The notes beneath the pieces were generated by a model. That model saw only the letters and a program-made list of their open reading frames with translations. It was not told the origin of the DNA and did no database searches. DNA of 62,591 bases, the filler included, from Nitrospinae bacterium RIFCSPLOWO2_12_FULL_45_22 (GTDB lineage: Bacteria > 2-12-FULL-45-22), in assembly GCA_001803565.1 (NCBI GenBank). It is 5 parts of 5 records of this genome, joined end to end, with 100 filler letters (N's around TTAATTAATTAA, not from the genome) between each part and the next. Parts side by side here need not be neighbours in the genome. Positions count along the whole stretch, not along the records: positions 50,340 to 62,591 come from MHDQ01000019.1; 4 more parts are not named here. One strand, given 5' to 3'. Shown here one piece after another: positions 50,531 to 60,776 of this stretch; the first letter of the stretch is position 1; the number at the start of each line of letters is the position of its first letter. A program made the position numbers and the translations under genes.

Positions 50531-50959
50531 ATGGAGACAGTCCGTATCCGAATGATGACCAAAGACGATCTAGCCCAGATTATAGAGATAGATAAGAAGA
50601 TTACTGGCAGAGAGCGCACATCCACCTGGCCCCAAAAGGTTAGTAGCCACTTCGAGACCTATGATCTGGCTCTCTGTTTTGTGGCAGAGGTTGAGGGTAG
50701 GGTCCGGGGCTTTATATTAGGTAATATCCGGGGTGCCGAGTATGGCCTTCCCCTGGGGGGATGGATAGATATTATGGGGATTGACCCAGAATATCAAGGT
50801 AGAGGGATAGGGCGTATGCTGGCCGATGCCTTTACTGAGGAGTGTCGTTTCAGGGGAATAAAGGCCCGGGTAATGACCCGAGCAAGTGATGAACGGCTGC
50901 AGAAATTCATGTTGCGTCTGGGTTTTAAACGGGGCGAACTAATCAATTTTGACAAATGA
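50531..50959 (+). CDS. GNAT-family N-acetyltransferase
   Basis: IDPEYQGRGIG acetyl-CoA-binding motif. Confidence 0.88.
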   Translation: METVRIRMMTKDDLAQIIEIDKKITGRERTSTWPQKVSSHFETYDLALCFVAEVEGRVRGFILGNIRGAEYGLPLGGWIDIMGIDPEYQGRGIGRMLADAFTEECRFRGIKARVMTRASDERLQKFMLRLGFKRGELINFDK

Positions 50960-51737
50960 ATTCCTTGAAAAAACCCGAGAAGGTATGATAGCCAGAACTA
51001 CCGTAGCCATAAACCATCCTACCCCGATAAGGAGAGTAATCCCTCTGGGATAATTCCCATAAGGTTTAATAATCTCCTGGTAGAGGGTTATTCCCAGGAT
51101 GGCACTCAGGATCAATGGGGTAAAGAAGCGGATAGCAATATCCCACCAAATGCCGAGGCCGATGCTGGAGCGGTGATTGATATGTCCCCTTAGCTCCTTA
51201 GGGGTCAAGGCCCATCCTATAACAAGGCATTCAACCAGTCCCACCGTCATCAGTCCGTATTGGCTAATGAAGTGATCTACAATATCAATCCAGAAAAGCT
51301 CACCCCGGGTAGTGAAGACTATACCCCCGAGAAGTCCTAAAATACAACTAAAGGTTACTGCTTGCTCCCGACTAACACCGAACTTGTCCTTCAAGCTACA
51401 GGAAAAGGCATCAATAATGGAAATAGAAGATGATACCCCAGCGAGGATCAAGGCCAGGAAAAAGATTATACCGAAGAGATTGTTTAAGAAAGGTAGCTGG
51501 TTTATCGCATTGGGATAAGCTACAAAGGCCAGGCCTATCCCTTGAGTAATAACCTTTTCAAAGGGTTGGCCGCTGACCTGGGCCATATAACCCAAAATAA
51601 GGGATTAAGTAGGCACCACCGCCGTCTGTGTAGCACAAATAGCTAAAGCGCCAGATATTACCCAGCCCTACTGCAGAACCGATAGCTGCCAATAGGAAGC
51701 CGGTCCTGGTTTCCCATTGCTCTCGTCTATTTTCCAC
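50939..51737 (-). pseudogene. Sodium:neurotransmitter symporter (NSS) pseudogene with a large internal deletion
   Basis: N-terminus [29 protein letters not shown]...GGGAYLIP joins out of frame near 51600 to the C-terminal half (LGYMA...GLAFVAYP). Confidence 0.85.
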
Positions 51738-51744
51738 TGTTTTC

Positions 51745-52001
51745 GTAATTGTCTAGCCAAAAAAAGATTTTAGCTACGGATGGACACCGATATCCTTTCT
51801 AACCCTTCCTTGCCACGAAGGCACAAAGGCACCAAGGCCAATGGGAAGGTAGAGGCAAAGGGCTTTCTCTCTACCTTTGCCTATTCCTTTTGCTGCTCCT
51901 TAGTGGCTTAGTGCCTTTGTGGCTTGATCTATGCCTATCGGTGTCCATCGGTGTGTCTCTGTGGCACATATTTATAAGGCTTTATTTGGCTAAACTGTTA
52001 C
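51745..52001. mobile_element. MITE-like non-coding element
   Basis: Ends GTAATTGTCTAGCCAAA and TTTGGCTAAACTGTTAC, with nested inverted repeats inside. Confidence 0.55.
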
Positions 52002-52139
52002 TTATTTTTTTTCTTTCTCAAAAGTAAGGCCACTAGTCCATACTTTATAGAAGGAGTAGAGAGTAAGCAATATAATTCCAGACCAGGAGAGAATTAAGAA
52101 TAACCAACCACCTAGATTTAGGCCACTATTATCCAGCAT
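52002..52139 (-). CDS. 45-aa single-TM protein, possible NSS transporter small subunit (not in the ORF track)
   Basis: MLDNSGLNLGGWLFLILSWSGIILLTLYSFYKVWTSGLTFEKEKK, overlapping the NSS stop. Confidence 0.55.
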   Translation of the reverse strand: MLDNSGLNLGGWLFLILSWSGIILLTLYSFYKVWTSGLTFEKEKK

Positions 52140-53724
52140 ATTTTTTCTTCCAGGCAATCCTGACCAGCCATACAAATCCCAGGAATAAAGCCAGGATCAT
52201 GGCCCGGGCCAGCCAGAGATAGGGTCGAGCATCTGGCTCAATCCCCACCATTAAGACCTTACTTGGCACATCCTGGATTACCCAAAAAAGGAGTATACCA
52301 AGGAGAAAAACCGGGGTTACATACTTCAAGATATAGTAAAAAATCTGGGGAATAGAAATCAATGCCCCCCGTCCTATCTCCTTCCTAACTTTGTCTATGC
52401 CAAAAATCCAGACATAAACGATCACCTCCAGGACGGCAAAGAGTACTAAAGCTAGAGTGCCTACCCAAAAGTCTATCTCATCCAGAAACCCTTTATCAAT
52501 GAATAGGATAACTGGCTGTGCCAGGGTAAAGGTAATGATCCCTAAAATCCAGGTAGCCTTTGTTCGCGAGATGTTCAACTCGTCTTGTAAAAAGGCCATG
52601 ACCGATTGTCCTAGAGCAACTGCCGAGGTCAGACCGGCTATAAAAAGCAGAAAAAACCAGAGGGTACCAAAGAACTTTCCCCAGAATATTCTTTGAAAGA
52701 TTATGGGCATGGCCTGAAAACCCAGGTCAAAAGCCCCTCCATTAGCAATGTTTTGGCTCTCGGCTAGCCCAAAAAAGGTCACGGCTGCCGGGATAGCAAT
52801 GGTGCTACCCAAGACTACTTCAGCTAACTCATTGGTAGAGGCCGTTGCCAGCCCGGTAAGGGCTACATCATCCCTTTCTTGTAAGTAGCTGGTATAGGTA
52901 TGGATAATGCCCCAGCCTACACTAAGGGTAAAAAATATCTGCCCGGCCGCAGCCAGCCAGATAGAAGAGCTGGTTAAGGCCTTAAAATTGGGATTCCAGA
53001 CATAGGCCAACCCTTGTCCTGGATTCCAATCGGGATGGGTAGGGTCGGGCGTGCCAAAAGTTAGGACCCTGATAGCCAGGACTATTCCCACCAGAAATAA
53101 TAATGGTATGCCTATACTACATAAGATCTCAATACCCCGCGCTACACCCCTTGATAAGATAAACATGGTTATCCCCAGGGTTATTATAAAGAAGGCATAA
53201 GCAGATAACAGATTGGTGAAATATTGGTTGGCTTGTTTCCCCTGGAACCCGGCTAAAAACGCCCCCATCGCCTCCCGGCTCTGGGCTCCGAAATATTGGC
53301 CAGTAGCAGAAAAGAAGCTAAAGGCCAGGGTCCAGGAGGTTATATAAGAATAGTAGATCAGGATGGTAAAGGGGATAAAGATTCCGAGCACACCCATATA
53401 TTTAGATATTTTATGGGACCAGATACTATCGAGCATCCCGGGGGTAGTGTGATAGCCTCGCTGTCCACCCAGCCTGCCCAGGCTGCACTCCATCCACATC
53501 AGAGGGATACCCAGGAGGATGAGGGAGATAAAATAGGGGATCATAAAGGCCCCCCCACCATTTTTTACTGCCTGTACCGGGAACCGCAGGAAGTTCCCCA
53601 GTCCAATAGCATTCCCTGCTAAGGCCATGATCAGCCCTATTCGAGTACCCCACCGCTCTGGCATTGTCACCTTCCTTGCAAGAGATTTATGAAAAAGCCG
53701 GGCAACTTTATATCCGATCACCAT
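52129..53724 (-). CDS. NSS (LeuT-like) sodium-dependent transporter (start probably ~53664)
   Basis: Motifs AGNAIGLGNFLRFP, GGGAFMIPY, AAGQIFFTLS and AGLTS. Confidence 0.93.
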   Translation of the reverse strand: MVIGYKVARLFHKSLARKVTMPERWGTRIGLIMALAGNAIGLGNFLRFPVQAVKNGGGAFMIPYFISLILLGIPLMWMECSLGRLGGQRGYHTTPGMLDSIWSHKISKYMGVLGIFIPFTILIYYSYITSWTLAFSFFSATGQYFGAQSREAMGAFLAGFQGKQANQYFTNLLSAYAFFIITLGITMFILSRGVARGIEILCSIGIPLLFLVGIVLAIRVLTFGTPDPTHPDWNPGQGLAYVWNPNFKALTSSSIWLAAAGQIFFTLSVGWGIIHTYTSYLQERDDVALTGLATASTNELAEVVLGSTIAIPAAVTFFGLAESQNIANGGAFDLGFQAMPIIFQRIFWGKFFGTLWFFLLFIAGLTSAVALGQSVMAFLQDELNISRTKATWILGIITFTLAQPVILFIDKGFLDEIDFWVGTLALVLFAVLEVIVYVWIFGIDKVRKEIGRGALISIPQIFYYILKYVTPVFLLGILLFWVIQDVPSKVLMVGIEPDARPYLWLARAMILALFLGFVWLVRIAWKKKYAG

Positions 53725-53957
53725 GCTAAAGTCAAGGAAAAATTGATTACAGGGAAAATTGATTAAATCAGCAATTCTCGGTCAAAATTCTCGTGAGATT
53801 GCTTCGTAGCTAACACTCCTGGCAGTCAAAGCTGGATTTTTATGGTAACGAAGTTTTTAAGGCGATTGCAAATATTTGTTCATAATCCTTGACATTACTG
53901 GCATAGAATGATAAATAAATAACCGTAATTTTTTCAGTTTCAGGAGGATGATGAAGG

Positions 53958-54494
53958 GTGGCTACTTCCCTTTATTTCAACAAAGAACAGTATAATTGGA
54001 CTATAGAGGCCGTTGAATACGCTGAGGATTTGGTTAAGTATTTCTACCAGATGGCATATAGGGATTGGCAAGGTCTCTACTATGATGTTAAAACGTTAGC
54101 TGATTTGCAAATCCATGAGATTACTGATCAGGCCTTTGCCCAATTGGCTCGGTATGAAATGACTATGCCTGGGGGATCAAGGAGGACCGAGACTACTGAG
54201 TTTTATAGGATCTGTATCCAGGATCACAAGATTTTAGATGCGATAGAGAATAGAGAAGACGGTATTAGCTTTCGCCCTTTAGTCCTCTATATTGTTACCC
54301 ATGAGTTAATCCATATTATTAGGTTTGGTAAGCTTCTTAAGTGGTACGAAATACCTTCGGGCAGCGAAGCGGAAGAGGCCCGGGTTCATAAGGTTACCGG
54401 TCAGATTTTAAAAAATATTAATATGCCAGGGCTAGAGAAAGTCCTTGATAGCTATCAGGTTTATAGTATAGCTCGAAATGATCTGAGCAACTGA
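53958..54494 (+). CDS. Hypothetical protein with an HEXXH zinc-metallopeptidase-like motif
   Basis: YIVTHELIHIIRF...EE. A TTGACA promoter-like sequence lies near 53889. Confidence 0.65.
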   Translation: MATSLYFNKEQYNWTIEAVEYAEDLVKYFYQMAYRDWQGLYYDVKTLADLQIHEITDQAFAQLARYEMTMPGGSRRTETTEFYRICIQDHKILDAIENREDGISFRPLVLYIVTHELIHIIRFGKLLKWYEIPSGSEAEEARVHKVTGQILKNINMPGLEKVLDSYQVYSIARNDLSN

Positions 54495-54502
54495 GGAGGT
54501 GG

Positions 54503-54754
54503 TTGATCTTGCCGATATATGAGTATCGCTGCAATGAGTGTGGCTGTGAGTTTGAGGTAATGCAAAAATTTTCTGATAGCCCGATCCAGACCTGCTCGCA
54601 ATGTACTGGTCGGGTAACTAAACTTATCTCCCAATCTACCTTTCACCTGAAAGGGACAGGCTGGTATGCTACTGACTACGTCAAAAAATCCGGGGGCGAA
54701 GATGCCAAGGATAAAGAGGCAGACAGCAAGGTCAAGGAAGATAAGAAAGACTGA
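54503..54754 (+). CDS. FmdB-family zinc-ribbon protein
   Basis: Motifs PIYEYRC..C, C..C and FHLKGTGWYATDY. Confidence 0.9.
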   Translation: MILPIYEYRCNECGCEFEVMQKFSDSPIQTCSQCTGRVTKLISQSTFHLKGTGWYATDYVKKSGGEDAKDKEADSKVKEDKKD

Positions 54755-54758
54755 AATT

Positions 54759-56090
54759 TCAGATAGATTCGCTGCGCTCACTACCGGCTTGCCCCTTCCG
54801 GGATAAATAATCGTCCACCAGCTCCAGGGCCTCTTGTCTGTTAGATATTTTTTCTTCTAACTGGGCATCTTCTATCAAGGTCAGCACTTCAGAGAAAAGG
54901 GGGCCGGGCTTATAGCCCATAGCAATAAGGTCATGGCCTGTTATTAAGCGGGGCGGGCGCAGGGCTTGTGGACTCAACTCTTTTAACTTTGCCTGACAAA
55001 ATTCCCAATTGCTTAAGTTTCTATGACTGGCCAGGCAATCCAGCCGGTGCAATTCTAAATGATCAGAAAAATCCTCCATCTGCAAAAAGCGCTTCAGCTT
55101 ATTAAGCCGCATCTCCTGGACATGGATGAATTTCAGGTGATGTCTGACCAGGGATACGATCTTATCCGTCTCTTTGCGGGAGAAGCGCAGCCGCAGACAA
55201 ATATCTTCTGTCAGCTTAGAGCCTACCCGGGCATGGTTCTTAAAGGTTATCCGGTCAGTTAGATTCACTTCGCTCACTACATGCTTTTCATAAGTAAGGG
55301 GTTTGCCAATATCATGCAATAATACCGCTACTGCTAATTCGGGTGATGATGTTTCCATATGCTTTAGCATCAATAAAGTATGGGTCAGGACATCGCCTTC
55401 GGGATGATATTCCGGGGGTTGCTCTATCCCGGCCATAGCAGCTACCTCAGGCAGGATATGTTGCATTATACCGGTGTCGAGGAGTAATTTCGCACCAGCA
55501 TACGCATTTTTGTCACTAAGGATCTTTATTAGCTCATCCCTGATCCGCTCAGGGCTTACCAGAACAATCTCTGAAGCCAGGTCTTTTAAGGCGATCAAAG
55601 TATTTTTTTCGATCTGAAATTGATACCGGCTAGCTAGTCGGATAGCCCGCATGAGCCGTAGCCGGTCTTCCCGAAACCGGGCAACCGGATCACCAATTGC
55701 CCGGGTAATCTTTCCCTCAATATCTTTCCTGCCACCAACATAATCCAACACCTTATCCTCTAAAGGGTCATAGAGCAGGCCATTGATAGTAAAATCCCGG
55801 AGTTGGGTATCACCTTCCTCAGACCAGGGCTCCCTACCACGGAAAGAGGTGAGCTGGAACTGGTGCTGGTTTAACAGAATCATTACTACGGGGAATTGGG
55901 TCCCCAGGATAAAGGTCTTATCGAAGAGCTTTTTGATCTGTTCGGGAGAAGCATCGGTAGCTATATCATAGTCCTGGGGCTCCAGGCCCATGAGTGTATC
56001 TCTTACACAGCCACCGGCCAGGTATGCCTTAAAGTGATGTTTTCTGAGCCGTTCGATAATTTTTAGCGCCTCTTCTCTCATGCCGGTCAT
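54759..56090 (-). CDS. cca: CCA tRNA nucleotidyltransferase with HD domain
   Basis: Motifs GGCVRD, DYDIAT, RDFTIN, EDRLRLMRAIR, ERIRDE, HPEGDV and LLHDIGK. Confidence 0.92.
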   Translation of the reverse strand: MTGMREEALKIIERLRKHHFKAYLAGGCVRDTLMGLEPQDYDIATDASPEQIKKLFDKTFILGTQFPVVMILLNQHQFQLTSFRGREPWSEEGDTQLRDFTINGLLYDPLEDKVLDYVGGRKDIEGKITRAIGDPVARFREDRLRLMRAIRLASRYQFQIEKNTLIALKDLASEIVLVSPERIRDELIKILSDKNAYAGAKLLLDTGIMQHILPEVAAMAGIEQPPEYHPEGDVLTHTLLMLKHMETSSPELAVAVLLHDIGKPLTYEKHVVSEVNLTDRITFKNHARVGSKLTEDICLRLRFSRKETDKIVSLVRHHLKFIHVQEMRLNKLKRFLQMEDFSDHLELHRLDCLASHRNLSNWEFCQAKLKELSPQALRPPRLITGHDLIAMGYKPGPLFSEVLTLIEDAQLEEKISNRQEALELVDDYLSRKGQAGSERSESI

Positions 56091-57148
56091 GCTAAAACGT
56101 TAATCTTCCCCTCTTTATCCTCTATAATCCGGCCAATAATAGCCGCGGCTGGGGTCTTCTTTTTTTTAAGCAATGCCAGGAGCTGGTCTGCTTTATTTGC
56201 TGGCACTGATATCAGGAGCCCCCCGGAGGTTTGGGCATCACACAGGACTAATTCCTCTTCCAGGGTTATTTTGCGGTGCCAATTAACACTATCAGCTAAG
56301 AAATTACGGTTGGCATGGGTACCACCCGGGGCGATCCCTTTCTTAACTAAATCCCAGGTCTCTTCTATGACTGGCACTTTATCTAGATAAATCTCTGCTC
56401 CTACACCACTACCAACGGTCATTTCATGCAAGTGTCCCAGTAGCCCAAAACCGGTTATATCAGTACAGGCATTTACTCCTATTTGGAGCATGGCTTCCGA
56501 AGCCGCCCGGTTTAAAGAGGTCATTACGTATACTGCCTTGTCTACTACCTCTCCTGCTACCTCATCTTTTTTAATGGCGGTAGTAATTATCCCGATACCC
56601 AGGGGCTTGGTAAGGATCAGTAGATCACCTACTTTTGCCCCGGCATTAGTTACTACCTCTTTGGGATTAATTAGCCCAGTAACCGCTAGACCATATTTAG
56701 GCTCAGGATCGTTAATAGTATGGCCGCCCACAATAGTTACCTGGGCTTCTTTGGCCTTCTCTGCCCCACCTTTTAATATCTGTGTCAGTATAGCCAAAGG
56801 CAGGGTGTTGTTAGGGAACCCGACAATATTCAGGGCAATCAGGGGTTTTCCCCCCATGGCATATATGTCACTTATAGAATTAGCCACCGCTATTGCCCCG
56901 AAGCTATAAGGGTCGTCTACTACTGGCGTAATGTAGTCCACAGTCTGGACCAGGGCCAGATCATCCGTTATTTGATAGACGGCGGCATCATCCGCGGTAT
57001 TAGTTCCTACCAGGAGGTTGGGGTCTTCTATTTGTGGTAGTTCACGCAGCACCTGCGCTAAGTCCTGAGGACTGAGCTTGCAGGCTCAACCACCACCATG
57101 ACTGAAGGCCGTTAGACGGGTCTTAGGGTCTTTTTCCGGTTGTGCCAT
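56087..57148 (-). CDS. selD: Selenide, water dikinase containing selenocysteine (UGA at 57086-57088)
   Basis: The frame extends upstream through TGA: MAQPEKDPKTRLTAFSHGGG-U-ACKLSP. Also DDAAVY, GGHT, DITGFGLLGH and DAQTSGGLL. Confidence 0.95.
57052..57084 (-). promoter_or_regulatory. Bacterial SECIS-like hairpin directly after the UGA
   Basis: CCTGC-AA-GCT-C-AGTCC-TCA-GGACT-T-AGC-GCAGG. Confidence 0.75.
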
Positions 57149-57171
57149 TATCTATTTCTCCTTTCTAATTT

Positions 57172-59097
57172 TTATATTTCTTTAGCTACATTGTAACCTT
57201 CATGTATAGCCTCTAAGAGGGAACGAGGCCCTTTTCGATCGCCAATAAAATAGACGGGCAGGCCTTTGTTATTCAAATTCGAAAAATCCTCCCTGGCAGC
57301 TAACCCAATCGCAATTACCACACTATCCACCGGTATTTTTGTCTTTTCGTTTGCCCGTCTCACCCAAATAGCGTTTTCAGCTAAGGCTTCAAAAACGGTG
57401 TTAGTCAGTACAGTAATCTTCTTTTGCTCCAACCGTTGCTTTTGGAACATACGGGCGATGGGGCCAAGCTCAGTAGCAACTTTGTCTAACATCTCTATAA
57501 TTATGACCTCTTTGCCTTGGTCGGCTAAGAATTCCGCAGTTTCAACCCCTACTAATCCGCCACCAATAACGGCCACTTTTTGCCCGGTGGGCCTTCCTTC
57601 TAATACATCTCTATATGAGAGGATTTTTCCCCTGTCAATTCTTATCCCGGGAGGGGCTACTGGTGTTGCGCCAGTGGCAACGATAATTATATCAGGGGCA
57701 AGGGCTGCAATATCTTCTGGTTTTATTTCCTTCCCCAGATGGACTTCTACTCCCAGTTTCCTTAGCTGAGTCTTAAAGTATTGTAATACACTATCCAGCC
57801 CCTCTTTATGGGGAGGTATTTTAGCTATGCATAATTGTCCACCCAATTCCGGTTCTTTTTCAAATAAGATCGCTTCATATCCCTTTAATGCTGCTACCCG
57901 GGCTGCTTCCATCCCTCCCGGCCCCCCGCCGATAATAATTACTCGTTTACGCTCCTGGGCCCGGGTTATCGGGGGCTCTTGTTCCCTACCAGCCTGGGCA
58001 TTAAGGGTACAGGCAATGGGTCGGTTACTATATGCCCGGTCTACACATCCTTTATTACATGCAATACACTTTCTGATGTCTTCTAAGCGGCCTTCCAGGG
58101 TCTTTTTTAGTATCTCTGGATCAGCAATTAGGGGCCGGCCCAGGGCGATCAAGTCCGCTTTCCCTTCCTGAAGAATGCTTTCAGCTAGTAAAGGGTCGTT
58201 TATCCTGCCAAAAGTAATAACCGGCTTTTTAGTAACTCTCTTTACCCTTTCAGCCAGGGGTACTAAGCTCCCGGGTGGAAAGCACATGGGAATAACATTT
58301 ACCAGGTTCCGGGATACTACTACCGAGACATTGAAGATATCGGCCCCAGCCTCTTCTAACATATTGACCAATTGGATTATTTCTTTTTCGCTATACCTCC
58401 CTGCGGGATATTCGCTGGCTGGTATGCGGCAGGAAATGGGGAAATCATCCCCTACAGCATCTCTTACAGAAGATACTATCTGGCAAAGGAAACGGGCTCG
58501 ATTCTCAAAACTGCCCCCGTATTCGTCAGTTCTGGTGTTAGAATCAGCCATCAAGAATTGTTCTGGCAGAGTACGGTGTCCCAAAAGAACCTCCAGGGCA
58601 TCCAATCCCGCTTCTTTTGCCCTACTGGCTGCCTGGGCATAGCATTCCAAAGTTCGTTTAATATCATCCAGGGTCATTTCTCTGGGCCTCTCGCCCAAAG
58701 ACAGGTCTGCCAAACGTGACATAGCAGGCGGAACAGATGAGGCCGAAATGGGTTGAGTACCGATAATAGCAGGAGTACATTCTCTGCCCCCATGCATAAA
58801 CTGGACTGATACCCTGGCGCCATATTTATGTAAAGTATCTGCCAGGAGTTTAAATCCAGGGATATGACTATCATCAAATAAAGAAAGGTTATGGTCCATT
58901 ATCCTGCCTATTGTCTCTACTACAGTAGCTTCTATGGTTATCAGTCCTACCTCACCCTTTGCCCTTTGTTCATAATAGGCAATCATCCTGGGGGTTACAT
59001 TACCTTGAACATCTGCTAAATTAGTCCCCATAGGTGGCATTACTACCCGGTTCTTTAACCTCATCCCTTTGATCTGGATCGGTTCAAACAGTTTCAT
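57172..59097 (-). CDS. OYE-family FMN/FAD/4Fe-4S oxidoreductase (2,4-dienoyl-CoA reductase/BaiH-like)
   Basis: Motifs LKNRVVMPPM, RTDEYGGSFENRAR, CIACNKGC...C, GGGPGG and GGGLVG. Confidence 0.9.
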   Translation of the reverse strand: MKLFEPIQIKGMRLKNRVVMPPMGTNLADVQGNVTPRMIAYYEQRAKGEVGLITIEATVVETIGRIMDHNLSLFDDSHIPGFKLLADTLHKYGARVSVQFMHGGRECTPAIIGTQPISASSVPPAMSRLADLSLGERPREMTLDDIKRTLECYAQAASRAKEAGLDALEVLLGHRTLPEQFLMADSNTRTDEYGGSFENRARFLCQIVSSVRDAVGDDFPISCRIPASEYPAGRYSEKEIIQLVNMLEEAGADIFNVSVVVSRNLVNVIPMCFPPGSLVPLAERVKRVTKKPVITFGRINDPLLAESILQEGKADLIALGRPLIADPEILKKTLEGRLEDIRKCIACNKGCVDRAYSNRPIACTLNAQAGREQEPPITRAQERKRVIIIGGGPGGMEAARVAALKGYEAILFEKEPELGGQLCIAKIPPHKEGLDSVLQYFKTQLRKLGVEVHLGKEIKPEDIAALAPDIIIVATGATPVAPPGIRIDRGKILSYRDVLEGRPTGQKVAVIGGGLVGVETAEFLADQGKEVIIIEMLDKVATELGPIARMFQKQRLEQKKITVLTNTVFEALAENAIWVRRANEKTKIPVDSVVIAIGLAAREDFSNLNNKGLPVYFIGDRKGPRSLLEAIHEGYNVAKEI

Positions 59098-59141
59098 ATT
59101 ATCCTCTCCTATGCTCGCTCCTCAATTGATATTTATTTTTT

Positions 59142-59288
59142 GTAAGCGTTCAGCTATCAGCCTTCAGTTTTCAGTAAAACTAAGAATATCCAAGAAATAA
59201 CCCTCTACTCCTAAGATAAGTGCTCATGGATAAGTTATTATTTTCCCTTGGTTTGCTGACCGCTGACAACTGACGGCTGAACGCTTAC
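59142..59288. mobile_element. MITE-like element with perfect 12-bp TIR and 8-bp target duplication
   Basis: GTAAGCGTTCAG...CTGAACGCTTAC flanked by TATTTTTT on both sides. Confidence 0.7.
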
Positions 59289-59428
59289 TATTTTTTTTCT
59301 CTAGAATTTATTATCATAAGTTATTATACTTGAAAATATTGCCAGACTTTAGCCAATTTTTTTAGAATATTGCGCCGTTTTGCAGATACTCGGCCCAGAC
59401 TCTAAGAAAGATAGGGGGTGAGGAATAG

Positions 59429-60631
59429 ATGGAGTTCAGTAGAGGGAAAAATTCTAGGAAGCAAATGAAGACCTCACGGCAAATATGGCCTCTAACAAAG
59501 CGGTATTACAGCAAAATCAGACAGGCAAAGAACAATGGCCAACTAATAGCCTGGGCCTTTGCTTTTCCCCCACCTGAGATTCTACATGCCATGGATATTC
59601 CCTTTATCATGCCAGAACACTATTCTTCAGTCCTGGCGGCAAAACAGCAAGTGACCCCATATCTCGAAATATCTGACCAGTGTGGATATCCCATGGAGGC
59701 GTGCTCCTATCATCGGGCCTTGCTAGGGGTTTGCCTTTCTGGTGAAGAGATGATCTTCCCTCCGCCGGATTTTATTTTTGCCACCAATTTTTGTGATCCT
59801 TCTTATAAGGCCTTGCTCCAAATTGTAGAACAGTATAAAGTCCCATATTATCTGATGGATATTCCTTTCTGTGAGAGTGAGGAGGCGCCAGAAGAGGCCG
59901 TGGAATATTGCCGTAGTCAACTCGAGGAATTCATTGATCTTGCCAGTAAAGTTACAGGCAAGAGCTATGATGCCCAAAGGCTTTATAGTACTTGCGAATG
60001 GGCAAATGGGTGTTATAACCTTTGGGTCGAGATTAATGAGCTGCGGAAGAGAATCCCCTGTCCTATGGGAGTAGTAGATGAGATGGGAGATATTTTTCCT
60101 ATGATGCAATTGGCCGGAACAAAAGAAGCGGTTGCTATATATGAGATGCTGTTGGCAGAGGTAAAAGAGCGTGTTGCTCAAGGAGAAGGCATTGTCGAAG
60201 AAGAGAAGCATCGCCTGATCTGGGTTGGTTCAAATCCTATTTACGATAATGGCATATTGGATTGTTTTGAGGAATACGGGGCGGCTTTAGTCAAATCCGA
60301 TATGGATTGCACTTATACAATGAAAATTGATCTGGAAGACCCTTTGAAAAGTCTGGCACAAAAAATGATCTCCAATTACTGGACCGGGAGTATTAAAAAA
60401 CGGATCAAAATAATAAAGGATTTAATCCGGGACTATCAGGCCCAGGGCTTAGTAATGTTCTCTCAGCGAAACTGTCGCTCTTTTTCTGTGGGGCATAAAG
60501 CGGTTAAGGACGCCATTCAGGATGAATTCGGTATCCCGGTGCTTAACCTGGAAGGAGACATGATAGACCTGAGGGGTTATAATGCCCAGGAATTAAGAAG
60601 TAAAATCGAAGAGTTTATCGAAATCCTTTAA
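59429..60631 (+). CDS. 2-hydroxyacyl-CoA dehydratase family subunit
   Basis: Motifs EACSYHR, NFCD, RNCRS and LEGDMID. Confidence 0.85.
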   Translation: MEFSRGKNSRKQMKTSRQIWPLTKRYYSKIRQAKNNGQLIAWAFAFPPPEILHAMDIPFIMPEHYSSVLAAKQQVTPYLEISDQCGYPMEACSYHRALLGVCLSGEEMIFPPPDFIFATNFCDPSYKALLQIVEQYKVPYYLMDIPFCESEEAPEEAVEYCRSQLEEFIDLASKVTGKSYDAQRLYSTCEWANGCYNLWVEINELRKRIPCPMGVVDEMGDIFPMMQLAGTKEAVAIYEMLLAEVKERVAQGEGIVEEEKHRLIWVGSNPIYDNGILDCFEEYGAALVKSDMDCTYTMKIDLEDPLKSLAQKMISNYWTGSIKKRIKIIKDLIRDYQAQGLVMFSQRNCRSFSVGHKAVKDAIQDEFGIPVLNLEGDMIDLRGYNAQELRSKIEEFIEIL

Positions 60632-60776
60632 CCTCTCACAGCAAAACACGCAGATAAAGGTTTCGCAGGGCAAAGCCCTGCGGCTACTGAGGATTATCCC
60701 TTGGCTTTTCACTTCGCATTTTTAGTCTCCTTTTGTATATCAGCTCAGCGTGTTCTGTGTTCCTGGAGATGAGTAA

